This document shows, in pieces, positions 63,130 to 64,000 of a stretch of DNA of 64,000 nt. The DNA is from Camelus dromedarius. Taxonomy: Eukaryota. Position 1 is the first letter of the stretch, and each line of letters opens with the position of its first letter. The DNA is taken from the NCBI RefSeq assembly GCF_036321535.1, contig NC_087437.1:100628001-100692000 (forward strand), written 5' to 3'. Below the pieces are notes generated by a model. It searched no databases, was not told the DNA's origin, and was given only the letters and a program-made list of their open reading frames with translations. The position numbers and the translations under genes are program-made.

Positions 63130-64000
63130 TTAATATAGAGAAAGAAATTCAGTGACTTATGGAGATGGGGATGTTGAAATGGATTAATTATATGTAACTT
63201 GTTCACCTATTCCCAAGTTATATCTCCTAAGAAAGCCCAGGATATACTTCTTTAATCAAGGCTTTGGGTGACTACAAGCATTCTTGAAAACCACTTTTGT
63301 AGTTGTTCTCTGTAAGCCAAAAGTGTAGTGGAAACATTGCCACTGAAATGGGATCTCTGACTTTGATGGAATTAACAGGGTCCAAGTTAGTAGTTTTCAA
63401 CTAGTGCATCTAACTTCCAGGCTCGAAGGAGGATGCAGTTATTGTGATAGTCTGCAGGGCCTCCCTGATGATAACAGTGAGCCGTCCAGCTGGGATTGTT
63501 GCTATTGCCAAATGAGTCATGGGCTCCTTAGACTAAAACGGATGAGAAACCTACAGAGTCCCTATTTGATTTGTACAACTGGAAAATTCCAAGTCTCGTG
63601 AACAAAAGTCTGACTTGATTCATCTTTTGACAGTCCTAGATCTATGTCCAATTTCCAGCCCTAAGTTCATTTGCACACCCAGAGACCTTGGATGAAAAAT
63701 AGTACCTCTGAGGGTAGAACCTCGATAACGTAGTAGTTCCAACAGGGTCTATGACTCCTAGCCTTCTTCAGCAGTCCTTGGTTAGTTACCAGGTAGCTCA
63801 AAGGTCCTTGGCTGGCACAGGGCAAAGGCTGTACAAAGGTTTCAAAAGGTTTTTGTTGTTGTTGTTACTAGATCTGTGTTAATTCTAATTCCTGGGGACC
63901 CAGGATACCCTGAGAGTCAGAACACAAATGGAGTCTTGGTTCATCTGCCATATACCAGGCCCTGTGGGACCTTGACACCACCCTGTGGACAATTTTTCCA
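63130..64000 (+). mobile_element. ERVL internal gag/pro region (decayed, runs off the window)
   Basis: Homologous to 18170-18430 (shared gttgttctctgta; gaaattcagtgacttatggagatggggatgttgaaatggatt); ctaattcctggggaccc protease-region motif near 63890. Confidence 0.7.

Noticed and set aside
1..64000. Short ORFs (60-120 aa) in the ORF track as genes
   Set aside because: They are chance ORFs or lie in MLT1, L1, L2, MER45 or Tigger repeats; no recognisable domains apart from defective retroelement RT relics.

Overview
Mammalian nuclear, non-coding DNA: AT-rich, CpG-depleted and repeat-dense. It is most likely from a camelid (camel/alpaca/llama), judged by a vic-1-type tRNA-Ala-derived SINE at 6455 and camelid/cetartiodactyl-type L1 3' ends. 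A large part of the window is decayed transposon sequence: about a dozen MaLR (MLT1) LTRs, L2, MIR, several L1 generations, two ERVL proviral remnants, ERV solo LTRs (one MER41-like), and hAT and Tigger DNA elements with intact TSDs. None of the ORF-track ORFs looks like a real gene. The best gene-like signal is a candidate + strand terminal exon at 39055 (branch point, pyrimidine tract, CAG, short frame xLVVPDIRLFCRHCLQ*, ATTAAA), which I cannot assign to a named gene. I do not see a new multi-gene system. The most notable items are structural: an L1 with a precise internal inversion plus templated filler, a chimeric L1 3' end inside one TSD, a 23-bp L1 stub nested in an older TSD, an unclassified CpG-retaining element with imperfect TIRs, and several motif-dense unique segments that look like enhancers. 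Repeat subfamily names come from recalled consensus sequences and need RepeatMasker/Dfam confirmation; boundaries without TSDs are approximate.
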